Shown piece by piece: positions 41,659 to 51,819 of a stretch of 64,000 nucleotides of DNA (positions are counted from its first letter, which is position 1; every line of letters starts with the position of its first letter). The notes beneath the pieces were generated by a model. It was not told the origin of the DNA. It ran no database searches and worked only from the letters and a program-made list of their open reading frames with translations. This stretch comes from a virus (Duplodnaviria; Caudoviricetes). The stretch is taken from IMG/VR virus record IMGVR_UViG_3300032038_000018, positions 64,377 through 128,376 of that record. One strand, 5' to 3'. The position numbers were made by a program, and so were the translations under genes.

Positions 41659-41664
41659 CTCTTA

Positions 41665-42459
41665 CTATAACTTAATATAAATATCATTGCACATATGAAC
41701 GTATTCATTATTATCAATGGTTATGATATCTTTATCAGATGTGAATAATCCGCCCGAGATAATATAAATATTAGGGAAGAAATAATTCTCATACCTAAGC
41801 TGTCTTAATACATATGTATTAGAGAATCCAACATTAGCACCAGCTATCTTATAATCCCTTATGTCTACTCTATAATTTTCATATGGATATATGAAACAAT
41901 GATTATCACCATGGCCGTATATAAGACTAATTCCAGCCACCGGTACGTATTCCTCGGTACCTGTTAATTCATTAACGCATCTAGTAATGAACATTTTGGA
42001 TACATGTTGTTCGCCTGCACCAGATAAGCGCTTTCCTGGATTTATAAACCAAACACCGTTAGTATTAGTACCTTTTACTAGATACATTAACAATGGACGT
42101 GAACCATTATAATTTATGGCATTTTCAGATTGATCATAGTAAGCACTATAATAATTTCTATTGTCGTTTCCATGCAGAACCCACGCAAACGATGAATTAT
42201 CGGCGAACGTACAAAAGAATGCTGCATAATCGGTAAAATACGGCATCCGCATTCTTAAATAGTGCTCATTCTCAGCCGTACCAGTTTTGCCAGGTATTAA
42301 TCTCCATCCATAATAATAGTATTTATAGCCATAATCGGTTTCTAACGAAACCATGGCATTTTTAAACATTGGAAGCGTTTGCATATATGAATTGAAATGC
42401 TCCCATACATTACTAGAATTCGCATTTAAATATGGCTGCACAATATTTATTTCACTCAT
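41665..42459 (-). CDS. Putative virion protein, paralogue family
   Basis: C-terminus NIYIISGG...TIDNNEYVHMCNDIYIKL. Confidence 0.55.
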   Translation of the reverse strand: MSEINIVQPYLNANSSNVWEHFNSYMQTLPMFKNAMVSLETDYGYKYYYYGWRLIPGKTGTAENEHYLRMRMPYFTDYAAFFCTFADNSSFAWVLHGNDNRNYYSAYYDQSENAINYNGSRPLLMYLVKGTNTNGVWFINPGKRLSGAGEQHVSKMFITRCVNELTGTEEYVPVAGISLIYGHGDNHCFIYPYENYRVDIRDYKIAGANVGFSNTYVLRQLRYENYFFPNIYIISGGLFTSDKDIITIDNNEYVHMCNDIYIKL

Positions 42460-42477
42460 TACAATTCCTCCTTTCTA

Positions 42478-43386
42478 TTAATCTGTAATCCTAAGAAGGA
42501 ATGAGTTTGATAAGAATAAATAATTATCATTACCTATTCTTATTTTGCCATCTGTATTATAAATTGGCAAATTGCCTTCATATGTATATATATCCGTAAA
42601 TTTCCACTCGTTTAATACATATGGTTTTATTGTAAATGATTTTGATGTACCGCCAATATGCTGACGCGTATCATATACAAATACGAATTGTCCGCCATCC
42701 CAAATTCGTGCAACATTAACCGCCCAATAGTTAACACTGTCAAAATCGCTACTACGCATGGCATTCGTAATATAGTTAAACGTTGCAGGAAAATATTTTA
42801 CATCTGCCGGATTTTCCATATTAGTAACTTTAGTTAAAATCATTTTTGGGTTACACTTACCCCAATTAGATTTATTCGGAAGCCAAAATCCATTTGTATT
42901 TTGAGCGACATATGTAGTCATTTTAAATGAATACATTGAATCCATTCGTATAGAGCTTTTTGCAGGCGTAGAATTGATAGTCTTTATATACGCATCATAC
43001 TCCGTACGATATGCCGAGAATGTATTATCATATGATGAATATACATCAAATCCAAATATATAACGATCGTTGCCATTGGTATCATAATGGCCGATAAAAA
43101 ATGTCGATGATGGCGCTGCGTCAAATTTAGATGTAACTCCTGGATATGCATATCTACCAACATCACCAACTGTAGTTATACCAGTTGTGTGTTGATGGAA
43201 TAATGGCATATTAAATATTTTATTCGGTATACGATGAACCATCTCTTGTAAAAATTTATAACCCATCGAAGTCGGCCACTCGGGTGTATCCGTTCTTGTT
43301 GAATCATCCAGACCTTCTATATACGTGTATGGTTCATCTAGCATATTATAAGGACGAAATGTTGTAATAGTTGCCATAATCGTCAC
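42478..43386 (-). CDS. Putative virion protein, paralogue family
   Basis: C-terminus DIYTYEG...RIGNDNYLFLSNSFLLRI. Confidence 0.55.
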   Translation of the reverse strand: MTIMATITTFRPYNMLDEPYTYIEGLDDSTRTDTPEWPTSMGYKFLQEMVHRIPNKIFNMPLFHQHTTGITTVGDVGRYAYPGVTSKFDAAPSSTFFIGHYDTNGNDRYIFGFDVYSSYDNTFSAYRTEYDAYIKTINSTPAKSSIRMDSMYSFKMTTYVAQNTNGFWLPNKSNWGKCNPKMILTKVTNMENPADVKYFPATFNYITNAMRSSDFDSVNYWAVNVARIWDGGQFVFVYDTRQHIGGTSKSFTIKPYVLNEWKFTDIYTYEGNLPIYNTDGKIRIGNDNYLFLSNSFLLRITD

Positions 43387-43391
43387 CCTCT

Positions 43392-44219
43392 TTACTGTGT
43401 ATTTATTTTCATATATAAATTAAATCCAATATTTATATATGTATTATTATTTATTGTAAATATGCCATCGGGACATAATCCATCAAATATAAATAATTCG
43501 TCCGAATAATATCCATTAAATACAAATCTCTCAATTACAGCTTTATTTAATATTGCTAAACGATTATTTATGTTCTCAGTGTATTCATATGCATATCCGC
43601 TACTATGTATAATACTAACGTGCGTGTAATTATTATAATACAGAGAATTGGAAGTAAGACTCGTACTACTGCAGCATATTATTACATATTTAAATACAGT
43701 GGGATCGTCTATTGATTTTAATTTTGCAAATACGACGCATCTATGTGTCGATCCTGTGTTAAAATATGCGACATCCGTTCCATTGTATAACATATATGAC
43801 GTTTTACCCACATCAGTAATTGGTGCTGTCCAATTTATAGTATTTAAATATCTACTGTTGTTGCCGGGATGTATCGGTATTACCGTTAACTGCTGGCCGT
43901 TATTTGTTAAACAACTTTGATTCACTCTACATGGGCTTATGGCGTAGTTTCCATTAAATATTCCATAATCGGTATAGCCAAATGAATTGGCAAATTTAAA
44001 ATACGATGAATGCACTGCACTTGGATTAGCACCGCCGCCATAATAAAAATATGACATGCTTCCAATATCAACATCGACAAATGCAGGATCTATTTCCATT
44101 ACTGGTAAGCCGTCTATTCTTAATACAGCTGCCGCGTCATTTAACATTGCAAAATTATATTCACTGACACCATCTTTGTCAGTTAAAGATTTTACATCTA
44201 CATTTTTGATCTGAATCAT
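43392..44219 (-). CDS. Putative virion protein, paralogue family
   Basis: C-terminus ELFIFDG...TINNNTYINIGFNLYMKI. Confidence 0.55.
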   Translation of the reverse strand: MIQIKNVDVKSLTDKDGVSEYNFAMLNDAAAVLRIDGLPVMEIDPAFVDVDIGSMSYFYYGGGANPSAVHSSYFKFANSFGYTDYGIFNGNYAISPCRVNQSCLTNNGQQLTVIPIHPGNNSRYLNTINWTAPITDVGKTSYMLYNGTDVAYFNTGSTHRCVVFAKLKSIDDPTVFKYVIICCSSTSLTSNSLYYNNYTHVSIIHSSGYAYEYTENINNRLAILNKAVIERFVFNGYYSDELFIFDGLCPDGIFTINNNTYINIGFNLYMKINTQ

Positions 44220-44231
44220 TTAAACCACCAC

Positions 44232-44549
44232 CTATTCAATATGGTTAATTGCCTTATCCATTGCAGTACCCGCATCGGATAATGTAGCATATTGATGTAC
44301 AACTTCTATAGTATTTGCCACTATAACGGGAATAGCTTCTAAATAAAATACTCCAGATGCTTCTATAGCCATATCTATTTCAGCTATTTCATTTATATCA
44401 ATAACCTGAGGGACTATAGTATCCTCTAATATAATAGCTAGTCCATTAGTTATAGGACTTATTTCATGCACATCTCTATTTATATTTAATGCGGTTCTAT
44501 GTATTTGCGACATATCACCGCCAGTACCAATTATAGTATTAGCTACCAT
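44232..44549 (-). CDS. Small hypothetical protein
   Basis: 105-aa ORF tightly packed in the operon. Confidence 0.5.
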   Translation of the reverse strand: MVANTIIGTGGDMSQIHRTALNINRDVHEISPITNGLAIILEDTIVPQVIDINEIAEIDMAIEASGVFYLEAIPVIVANTIEVVHQYATLSDAGTAMDKAINHIE

Positions 44550-44553
44550 ATTA

Positions 44554-45399
44554 TCACCCTTTTACTCTTAAGTATAGATTATTTCCTAATGGGAAATAAT
44601 TTTTTCCATTCAATACAGTAGCGCCATCAAAGCCAATACCATCTATATAGAATATGTCTTCCGAATACCATTTATCATATATGAAGTTATATGCATCAAT
44701 AGTATCGGCTCCATTATCAATTGAGCCAAAGTTGTATCTATATGGTTTATTAGCGACTGCTTTAGTTATTGTGTTGCTAAAGCTACCGATAGTATTATCT
44801 ATAAATAATATATCGCTAGTTACACCAATTGCACCTGTTTGATTAGTTGCAATTATCATATATTTGTATCCATCTGCTTGATCTATTGGAGTTAATCTGG
44901 TAAAAAGCATATACCTATATTGATTAACGAATGAGAAGTATGCAGTGTTTTCACTCGAATACAATATAAATGAATACAATCTATCGGTATCTGCTATTGC
45001 ATTATTGAATACAAAAAACATGCTACCGTTGGAATCTATGGCAATTCCACCATAACTTCTATTGGTATGATCCATATTGGATAAGAATATTTTAGGACTG
45101 CCAAACGACGTTGATAATATCAGTTTAAACCCACTATTGATAAATAGTGGGTTTATTGTGCATTCTATATTAACAGAATTCGCATTAACTGATGCATCCA
45201 TATATTGAGATGGAGTTGGGCATTCATATCTATATGAACCAATTGGCATTTCTGTAATATCTCTGTATGATGTTATGACAGGAATATTATCTCCAATGGT
45301 ATATGTAGAAAATGATTCAATGAATTTTCTAAAATATTGCCCAGCTGTATTATAATCTTTATCGAATACAGGATAATTTATTTCAAACATATGCATCAC
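44554..45399 (-). CDS. Putative virion protein, paralogue family
   Basis: C-terminus DIFYIDG...VLNGKNYFPLGNNLYLRV. Confidence 0.55.
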   Translation of the reverse strand: MMHMFEINYPVFDKDYNTAGQYFRKFIESFSTYTIGDNIPVITSYRDITEMPIGSYRYECPTPSQYMDASVNANSVNIECTINPLFINSGFKLILSTSFGSPKIFLSNMDHTNRSYGGIAIDSNGSMFFVFNNAIADTDRLYSFILYSSENTAYFSFVNQYRYMLFTRLTPIDQADGYKYMIIATNQTGAIGVTSDILFIDNTIGSFSNTITKAVANKPYRYNFGSIDNGADTIDAYNFIYDKWYSEDIFYIDGIGFDGATVLNGKNYFPLGNNLYLRVKG

Positions 45400-45405
45400 C
45401 TTACC

Positions 45406-46359
45406 TTATGAAAGTTTTGCAACAATATTTCTGGCAAAGTGCACATATTCATGTCCGTCATATATGAAATGCTCATACGGCAATTGACCTTCATATGTGA
45501 ATAAGTTATCACAGTAATAACCTTTATAGGTGAACTTATACAATACAAGTTTATCTTCTATTGAGCTATACCTATTAAAATCGCTAGTATACACATCAGG
45601 GAATCTGTTATTATCCGTAAATACACATGCTTTCATATCACTTGATAATTGTACTCCTGTCGTAGCATTATAAATATCACACCAGTGGGTCATGTTTTTA
45701 ATTGAAAATATTATGAAGAATGGTTTTATATCTGTCGGATCGGATATATTTTTCATATATGAAAATACTGCTGTACGAGATAATCCAAACGCAGAAATGA
45801 AAGCTATGTCATTTCCTGAATACGAGAATACTTTAAATGCATTCATTAATACATTTGCATCATAATCATATAAGAATTTAGTTATAAAGCAGCCATAATC
45901 ATATGTATATGGAACCATTGCAGATAATGTCGAGAAATCACTATATACAAGTGGTGTACCATAAATATAGCATGGCTGTATTCCTATATCAGTCTCAACT
46001 AAACTTCGATACGTATCTCCCGTATTTGTAGTTTGTGAAAGGTATAATCCAAAATTATAATCTTCAAAATCATTTGCTAATTTTAAGAAATATGTAACTG
46101 GTCCATTGGGTGAGTAAAATGATACAATACTGCCAGCAGCAGAATTGTAAGGAAATGTTGGAATGCCAATCGAACTGCTGCCGCTACTATTATACATTTC
46201 CAATCTCCACGCTTGCTGGAATATATTTTTATTATTTAAAGTCAGAGCTTTTGCTTTGGTTGCATACAGATCAATGCAAGCGCTGCATCGTTTTACTATA
46301 TTATCGGTTTCAAATACCGGTTTAGATATTTGAATGATTGATTGACTCATAAATGTCAC
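45406..46359 (-). CDS. Putative virion protein, paralogue family
   Basis: C-terminus NLFTYEG...IYDGHEYVHFARNIVAKL. Confidence 0.55.
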   Translation of the reverse strand: MTFMSQSIIQISKPVFETDNIVKRCSACIDLYATKAKALTLNNKNIFQQAWRLEMYNSSGSSSIGIPTFPYNSAAGSIVSFYSPNGPVTYFLKLANDFEDYNFGLYLSQTTNTGDTYRSLVETDIGIQPCYIYGTPLVYSDFSTLSAMVPYTYDYGCFITKFLYDYDANVLMNAFKVFSYSGNDIAFISAFGLSRTAVFSYMKNISDPTDIKPFFIIFSIKNMTHWCDIYNATTGVQLSSDMKACVFTDNNRFPDVYTSDFNRYSSIEDKLVLYKFTYKGYYCDNLFTYEGQLPYEHFIYDGHEYVHFARNIVAKLS

Positions 46360-46361
46360 CT

Positions 46362-46592
46362 CTATTCTATTATAGTTTCTTCAACATCGCTATCTGTTAT
46401 AACAGCATAAAAATCATCAAATACATTATCTGTAATATATGAAGCGTCTTCGATATCTATAATACATGTGGCATTTAGAGTGTTATCAGTAATTAAAGAT
46501 ACATCTTTATGATGTATCTGCATAGAATCAGTATCACCTTTTATGATGATAATTCCATTTGTAACATTTTGTAAACTCATAATATGCCTCAC
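46362..46592 (-). CDS. Small hypothetical protein
   Basis: 76-aa ORF coupled to the upstream gene. Confidence 0.45.
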   Translation of the reverse strand: MRHIMSLQNVTNGIIIIKGDTDSMQIHHKDVSLITDNTLNATCIIDIEDASYITDNVFDDFYAVITDSDVEETIIE

Positions 46593-47449
46593 TCAGATTC
46601 TATAACATTTACCATTGTTGAAACTATGAATATGACAATATCATTTGTAGGAATCTGATCACATCTGAATGTAATTCCTTCGCTAGTTTCTGATATTGCA
46701 TATATCTTATTATTTACCCACAGATCAACACTAGATGGATCAACGTCTATGATATTTCTCATATTTACGTTAATGCTAATGTCTAAATGTAATGTCAATG
46801 TTATTGGATCCCAATCTGTGTACGGTAATACGCATCTTCTGGAATCAGGAACACCGGCATTACTACGAATTACTCCATTAGCATTCATTACGATAGTACG
46901 ATTATCTATCTTAACGCCACCAAGTACATCAGTAGTTGCAGTAGGTAATGTATAATTATTTGCATTAGCTTCAATGCCATCTAATTTGCCTTTATCTTCT
47001 TTAGACATTAATCCATCTGAAGAAGTTGATGCAGGAACCAGAGTGTCTAATCTTTGCTTATACGTAGGATTTAATAATCCACTCTTTTGATCGGTTGCAT
47101 CTCCAATTAAGTCAGTTATATAAATTGGTCTAATTGGATATGGAGCAGCCATGTCATTTTCATGGTTACCAACTTCATCTATCCAATGTAATTCCCAATG
47201 TATAACGTCATCTCTTACTACGGGAATAAACCATTTATTTCTTACATCAGTTTCTTCATTAAAATACCTAGCTATTCTAGCTATGGTTATTTTCCTTGTT
47301 ATTTCAGATTCTTCGCCACTTCTGTGACCCGATACTAATAAATAGTCGGCATCGTCGACTGTATCTATTTCATTGAATTCGGATATTTTTGCAAAACCCA
47401 ATGAATTGGCGTCATCGGCACTAAGTATGCGAACATTTACATCAGCCAT
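46589..47449 (-). CDS. Fibre-repeat tail protein
   Basis: ASTSSDGLMSKEDKGKLDGIEANANNYTLPTATTDVLGGVKI phage fibre repeat; GGAAGTGAT RBS before the ATG at 47449. Confidence 0.65.
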   Translation of the reverse strand: MADVNVRILSADDANSLGFAKISEFNEIDTVDDADYLLVSGHRSGEESEITRKITIARIARYFNEETDVRNKWFIPVVRDDVIHWELHWIDEVGNHENDMAAPYPIRPIYITDLIGDATDQKSGLLNPTYKQRLDTLVPASTSSDGLMSKEDKGKLDGIEANANNYTLPTATTDVLGGVKIDNRTIVMNANGVIRSNAGVPDSRRCVLPYTDWDPITLTLHLDISINVNMRNIIDVDPSSVDLWVNNKIYAISETSEGITFRCDQIPTNDIVIFIVSTMVNVIESE

Positions 47450-47475
47450 TATATCACTTCCTTCGTAATATAATA

Positions 47476-47490
47476 ATTTATAGCAATGTC
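47476..47490 (-). promoter_or_regulatory. Putative late promoter GACA-N6-TAAAT
   Basis: Recurrent motif heading the paralogue-array operon. Confidence 0.6.
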
Positions 47491-47586
47491 CAACCATAGA
47501 AAAATTAGAATGTGCTATCGGTATAATAGCACATTCTAATTTTTGCAATAGAGACGTTTAATCTATATATTCATTGGCTTAAAGCT

Positions 47587-47994
47587 TCATTCCTCAATCT
47601 TCATCTTCGCTCGTATAAAATCATCTAACACTACAGCTATCAATCCTACAACCATCCATAACAGTGAAGCTGGTAAACATACTTGGCCGTCTACGTTTAG
47701 TGGCATTTGAGAATAATCCCAGATATTTAGACCCAAGTACACGTTCAGTATTTCACCGGATATGTATTCAAGTTCTGTAATAATTAGTGAAGCAATTGGT
47801 GCTTGAACCAGTAGCGGTGTGTCTTTTGGAACGATTTCGTTAATTAAACCAATTAATATCGTAGCAATACCGGCAACTACACCCATTGTCCAATGAGTGT
47901 ATCCTCGCCATAACATTTCTAAACCCATATAAATTATTGCACCAGCAATAAATATTATTATATAAGTTAATACTATTTTTAATTTTTTATTCAT
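47587..47994 (-). CDS. CmpB/TMEM229-like membrane protein
   Basis: Four TM segments; YxxLExLWRGYTHWTM and ELEYISG...IWDYSxMPLNxxGQVCL motifs. Confidence 0.75.
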   Translation of the reverse strand: MNKKLKIVLTYIIIFIAGAIIYMGLEMLWRGYTHWTMGVVAGIATILIGLINEIVPKDTPLLVQAPIASLIITELEYISGEILNVYLGLNIWDYSQMPLNVDGQVCLPASLLWMVVGLIAVVLDDFIRAKMKIEE

Positions 47995-48124
47995 TTATTA
48001 CCCCTCCTACTAAAAAACGTGGGAGCTGTTATAATTATGTTATAATAGCTCCCCAATGTAAAGAGAGGTACCATGCCGTGATTCTTTATCACTATATTAC
48101 AGTTATAGGTGTTATAAAAAAATA

Positions 48125-48868
48125 TTAGAAATACTCAATCTCAGCAAAGTCGAGCTCTGCATCTTCTAATAATTTCTCTATTAGGTCTCTCTTCTTATTA
48201 CCACAATCAGCTAAGTCATCTATATTAAGCTCTATAGTACCAGCAGGAGAATCTATTTTATTCTTTCTCTTCATAGTATTATATATGTATTGACCTATAT
48301 CATATGTAATGATGTCTCTTACAAACATCATAGCTGTACTAGGTATAGTAGATAAATTCTCATCATGAGCAACTGTAGCTCTTACTCTATATGCACCAGA
48401 AGACCATCCATTATATATGGTAAGTATGTGTCTCATAGTATCATAATTATAAGATATCGCATTTGCTATGTTTCTACCAACTGCAGCTGCCGCTTGTATA
48501 CCGGCAACGCTAGCCATTACATCATCAGGTGCAAAGTCAAGTGCTACAGGATTCATTACGTCAGCATATCCAGTAGGAGTTATATTATCTACAGATATAA
48601 CAGCCAATACTTCAAATTGATGCAATACCCACTTAGGGATATTGTATTGGACGCCTGTTATTCTGTTATTATAAATCTCATCCGGATGTACCTGATCGGG
48701 TACACCTATATTAAACTCTTCTATTCTTGGATATATAAGAGATATTTCTTTAAGAGCAGAATTTTTAACTCGGTTTAATAATTCAGCATCCGATAATGCA
48801 GGAGGTAATTCTCTAAGAGCTAAATCTTCTTTAGCTAATTGCACTAATTGCTGTAAATTATAAAACAT
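48125..48868 (-). CDS. Putative neck/head-tail adaptor protein (T4 gp13-like)
   Basis: Size, late promoter and C-terminal GTIELNIDDLxDxxxKKxDLIEKL pattern. Confidence 0.4.
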   Translation of the reverse strand: MFYNLQQLVQLAKEDLALRELPPALSDAELLNRVKNSALKEISLIYPRIEEFNIGVPDQVHPDEIYNNRITGVQYNIPKWVLHQFEVLAVISVDNITPTGYADVMNPVALDFAPDDVMASVAGIQAAAAVGRNIANAISYNYDTMRHILTIYNGWSSGAYRVRATVAHDENLSTIPSTAMMFVRDIITYDIGQYIYNTMKRKNKIDSPAGTIELNIDDLADCGNKKRDLIEKLLEDAELDFAEIEYF

Positions 48869-48888
48869 ATAAATCACCACCTTATAGA

Positions 48889-48902
48889 ATTATAGTGGTG
48901 TC
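48889..48902 (-). promoter_or_regulatory. Putative late promoter GACA-N6-TAAT
   Basis: Recurrent motif. Confidence 0.6.
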
Positions 48903-48957
48903 TTACAAAAAAATATATACCACGTATGGAATTAACCATACGTGGTATACACTGGAA

Positions 48958-49692
48958 TTAATAGATCGTGATAGCTTTAGCTCTTGTTATAGGCATATGC
49001 TTCTTGCCCTTAGCTGTTGTAACATACTGCTTTATAACTTCTACATATTCGATGAAGTCTTCAGCATCGCACCAAGTGTTATCAGCCGATCTTGTGTTAC
49101 CAAAGAAGTAAGCACCAGTATTCTTATTGATGCAATTTGCCTTCGGTATAAATGTTGCGGTTACTTTAACAGGTCTATCAGTTTCATTGAAAGCCTTATT
49201 ATAATAGTAACCGGATGTATCAAACATCTGATCGAGTATTGCTTGCAGACTAAGAAGAATAATATACTCATTATTTCTCTCCTTAATCGCATCGTTAAGC
49301 TTCTTGCCTTTCTTATCATTATTAAGTTTGGCAAATTTCCTAACGAAATCCGCTACACCTGTAGAATATTCTCCAAATGTACCAACCATCGGTACTTCAA
49401 TCGGATTATCATACAGATTGAACGGCTTCGGAATTACAATCTGGCAAGATATTATATAAGAGGATTGATTTGCCCTCTTATCCTCATTGTAGATTGTATT
49501 CTCGTCACGTACAGCTATAAGCTGTACCCAATTAGTGTTGATTTGTTTGCCAAATGCTGCACTCGCAGTTTGTGCGACGTACTCTTTGATCTCATTGAGA
49601 GAGATCGGAAATACTGATGCCTGCGGCACCTTTCCTGTCGTCATAAACGATACCTGTGGTATACGTTTAACCGTTTTTGGTTCGTTTGCCAT
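48958..49692 (-). CDS. Hypothetical protein
   Basis: AAGGAGG RBS; TATATTAT motif upstream (49725-49732). Confidence 0.65.
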   Translation of the reverse strand: MANEPKTVKRIPQVSFMTTGKVPQASVFPISLNEIKEYVAQTASAAFGKQINTNWVQLIAVRDENTIYNEDKRANQSSYIISCQIVIPKPFNLYDNPIEVPMVGTFGEYSTGVADFVRKFAKLNNDKKGKKLNDAIKERNNEYIILLSLQAILDQMFDTSGYYYNKAFNETDRPVKVTATFIPKANCINKNTGAYFFGNTRSADNTWCDAEDFIEYVEVIKQYVTTAKGKKHMPITRAKAITIY

Positions 49693-49778
49693 TTGTGGTT
49701 CCTCCTTGTATATAATGAAAAGATATAATATACGTCATAACCAAATAAATTAATATTAGGTTATGACAATAATATTTT

Positions 49779-50573
49779 TTAAACGATTTGGTCCATAAAA
49801 TCCAAATATGTATTCACTATATTACCAACTTCTGTCGGCCATGATCCAGTCTCACAATAAACACTACCAATAGCATTTAGAGAAACTAACCCTCTATCGA
49901 CATACTTATTTCTTAGCAAGCTTCCTATATAATATATACAATCAGAAGGCGTTTCGAAATATCTGTATCCTCGATTGGCTTTTATACCGGCAAAGTTATT
50001 CGTATTCGCGCATCTTGTTGCAAAGCCAGACTCTTGGGTAAATATAGCCAGCACATAAATACCGTTTATATTATACTCTTTTTCAATATATGCAAATGCC
50101 TTGCCTGTACCATGTAACTTATTGTCACTTGTCAGTCCTCGATGCTCAATGATTAGGTCGATCAATTCATCAAATTGATCAGCATTCAGTCCAGATATGC
50201 AAGTTATATCTGACGGATTCTTATTCACCGGAACTCGTATAGCTGCTTCATATATCTTTATGAAATCTGAAGCTTTCCTCATAGCTGCAATTGACTTGTT
50301 GATATTCGTGTTGATCATTACCTTTGTCTTATGCTTGTCATACATCTGTCTAGATACTGCAGCATACTGTAATGCATTACTAATAGTTGCAGTTGTCCGC
50401 TCTTTGTCAATTACGCTCGGCAGTTCATCGTGAGTTGGTTCTTCTACTACAACGTCAACATTGGATGAACTTGTTGTTGTCTTCGCACTCGCCGTTCGGC
50501 TGAGTCCGTAGGCTCCACCTAATGATAACAGAGATGCTGCTAGCATTAGATAAACGCCATTGTTGTGTTTCAT
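49779..50573 (-). CDS. Glucosaminidase-domain (lysozyme-fold) peptidoglycan hydrolase with signal peptide or membrane anchor
   Basis: EKEYNINGIYVLAIFTQESG...NNFAGIK...AIGSVYC pattern; N-terminal hydrophobic helix. Confidence 0.75.
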   Translation of the reverse strand: MKHNNGVYLMLAASLLSLGGAYGLSRTASAKTTTSSSNVDVVVEEPTHDELPSVIDKERTTATISNALQYAAVSRQMYDKHKTKVMINTNINKSIAAMRKASDFIKIYEAAIRVPVNKNPSDITCISGLNADQFDELIDLIIEHRGLTSDNKLHGTGKAFAYIEKEYNINGIYVLAIFTQESGFATRCANTNNFAGIKANRGYRYFETPSDCIYYIGSLLRNKYVDRGLVSLNAIGSVYCETGSWPTEVGNIVNTYLDFMDQIV

Positions 50574-50615
50574 AGATTTCTCTCCTTTTTGGCTAATAGC
50601 CTGTTTTTCGTGGAT

Positions 50616-50626
50616 ATGATATATAA
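50616..50626 (-). promoter_or_regulatory. Putative early-type promoter TTATATATCAT
   Basis: Recurrent 11-mer. Confidence 0.5.
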
Positions 50627-50829
50627 ACGAAAAATAGTCGGCGTATTCTTTTTAGGAATATCGCCGAGTATTTTCCATTCTTATCCATATACCATATACT
50701 CAGAGGGTTTCTATCTTTACATTTATGTTACCGGCACGGTAAAATAATACAGCACCTATTGGTGCTGTATTACTCGTACTAAGCAGGAGGCCAAATGACA
50801 GTTTGAGCTATACCATATTACTTATTTGT

Positions 50830-51714
50830 TTAGAAGCAATTTCTCATATATGCATCAAGCTTCTTAGATATGTTTGTGTCTTGTCTAAGAGGTATGAATA
50901 CATGACCTTCATTAGTAGGAACTGATAAGAATCCCAAGTTGTCAATGAATGCTTCTTCAGCACATACTTCAAGACCATCCAGTATGAATTTAGTAGAATC
51001 TGAATTATTAAGTGCATAATCTTTGAGATCTTTCATAGCACATTCATAAGCAGGAGATTCTACTACAGTTTTAGCTTTCTTAGGAAGCGTAGTAGTTACA
51101 GCAGTAATACCAGCTTTAACATCCATAAACGCTTCTTCATGAGATGGTGTAAATACTCTATCATAACAGATAAGTCTACCGGGTCCCATAACATCTATAG
51201 TTCCATCAGCATTTTTCTTCTGAGGTACTAATGTCCTACAAGATACTGCAGGCTCTATACCTTGAAGAATATTTCTCATGAGTCTATTACCGGGACCATT
51301 ACCATCATCAATGGTTTCTACTACACCGAATAAGAGCTTATCATTATTCTCAAATGAATAAGACTTAAGAAGTAAACAAATATTGTTAGGATCTATTTTA
51401 CAAAGTCTTTCCATAGAGAGCTCACCAGACTCAGCAGAAGGGTGACCATTCTCTCCGGGTAATCCGCCTTTCTTTTCTAAGTGCTGTACTACCCAAGGAT
51501 GCTTTAATGAATCTCTTATATGTGAAGCTTGCCATAATCTTTTATTTCTGTTTCTCTTGCCAAATGACTGTAAACACTGTCTGAATCTAAGATACGACAC
51601 TTCGCCGTTATTCTTAACTTCATTAAGTATTTCTGCTTTAGCATTATCTGGTGTGGATTCTTCCATTACAGCATAATACTCATAGTTTTTATCAGGCATC
51701 ATAAACGAGTTCAC
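50830..51714 (-). CDS. Prohead (maturation) protease, T4 gp21/phiKZ gp175-like
   Basis: NRNKRLW, GENGHP, AVSCR and YDRVFTPSH motifs. Confidence 0.85.
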   Translation of the reverse strand: MNSFMMPDKNYEYYAVMEESTPDNAKAEILNEVKNNGEVSYLRFRQCLQSFGKRNRNKRLWQASHIRDSLKHPWVVQHLEKKGGLPGENGHPSAESGELSMERLCKIDPNNICLLLKSYSFENNDKLLFGVVETIDDGNGPGNRLMRNILQGIEPAVSCRTLVPQKKNADGTIDVMGPGRLICYDRVFTPSHEEAFMDVKAGITAVTTTLPKKAKTVVESPAYECAMKDLKDYALNNSDSTKFILDGLEVCAEEAFIDNLGFLSVPTNEGHVFIPLRQDTNISKKLDAYMRNCF

Positions 51715-51730
51715 CTCGATATTATTTTGT

Positions 51731-51780
51731 ATTTATGTGGCTGTTCCTAGAATTGTATGGGCTAAAAACATTATCATAAC
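51731..51780. promoter_or_regulatory. Divergent pair of putative late promoters
   Basis: AACA-N6-TAAAT on minus (51731-51745) and AACA-N6-TAAC on plus (51767-51780). Confidence 0.55.
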
Positions 51781-51819
51781 AATTACTAAGGAAATTGCTA
51801 CCGAAAGGAATGATTAGTT

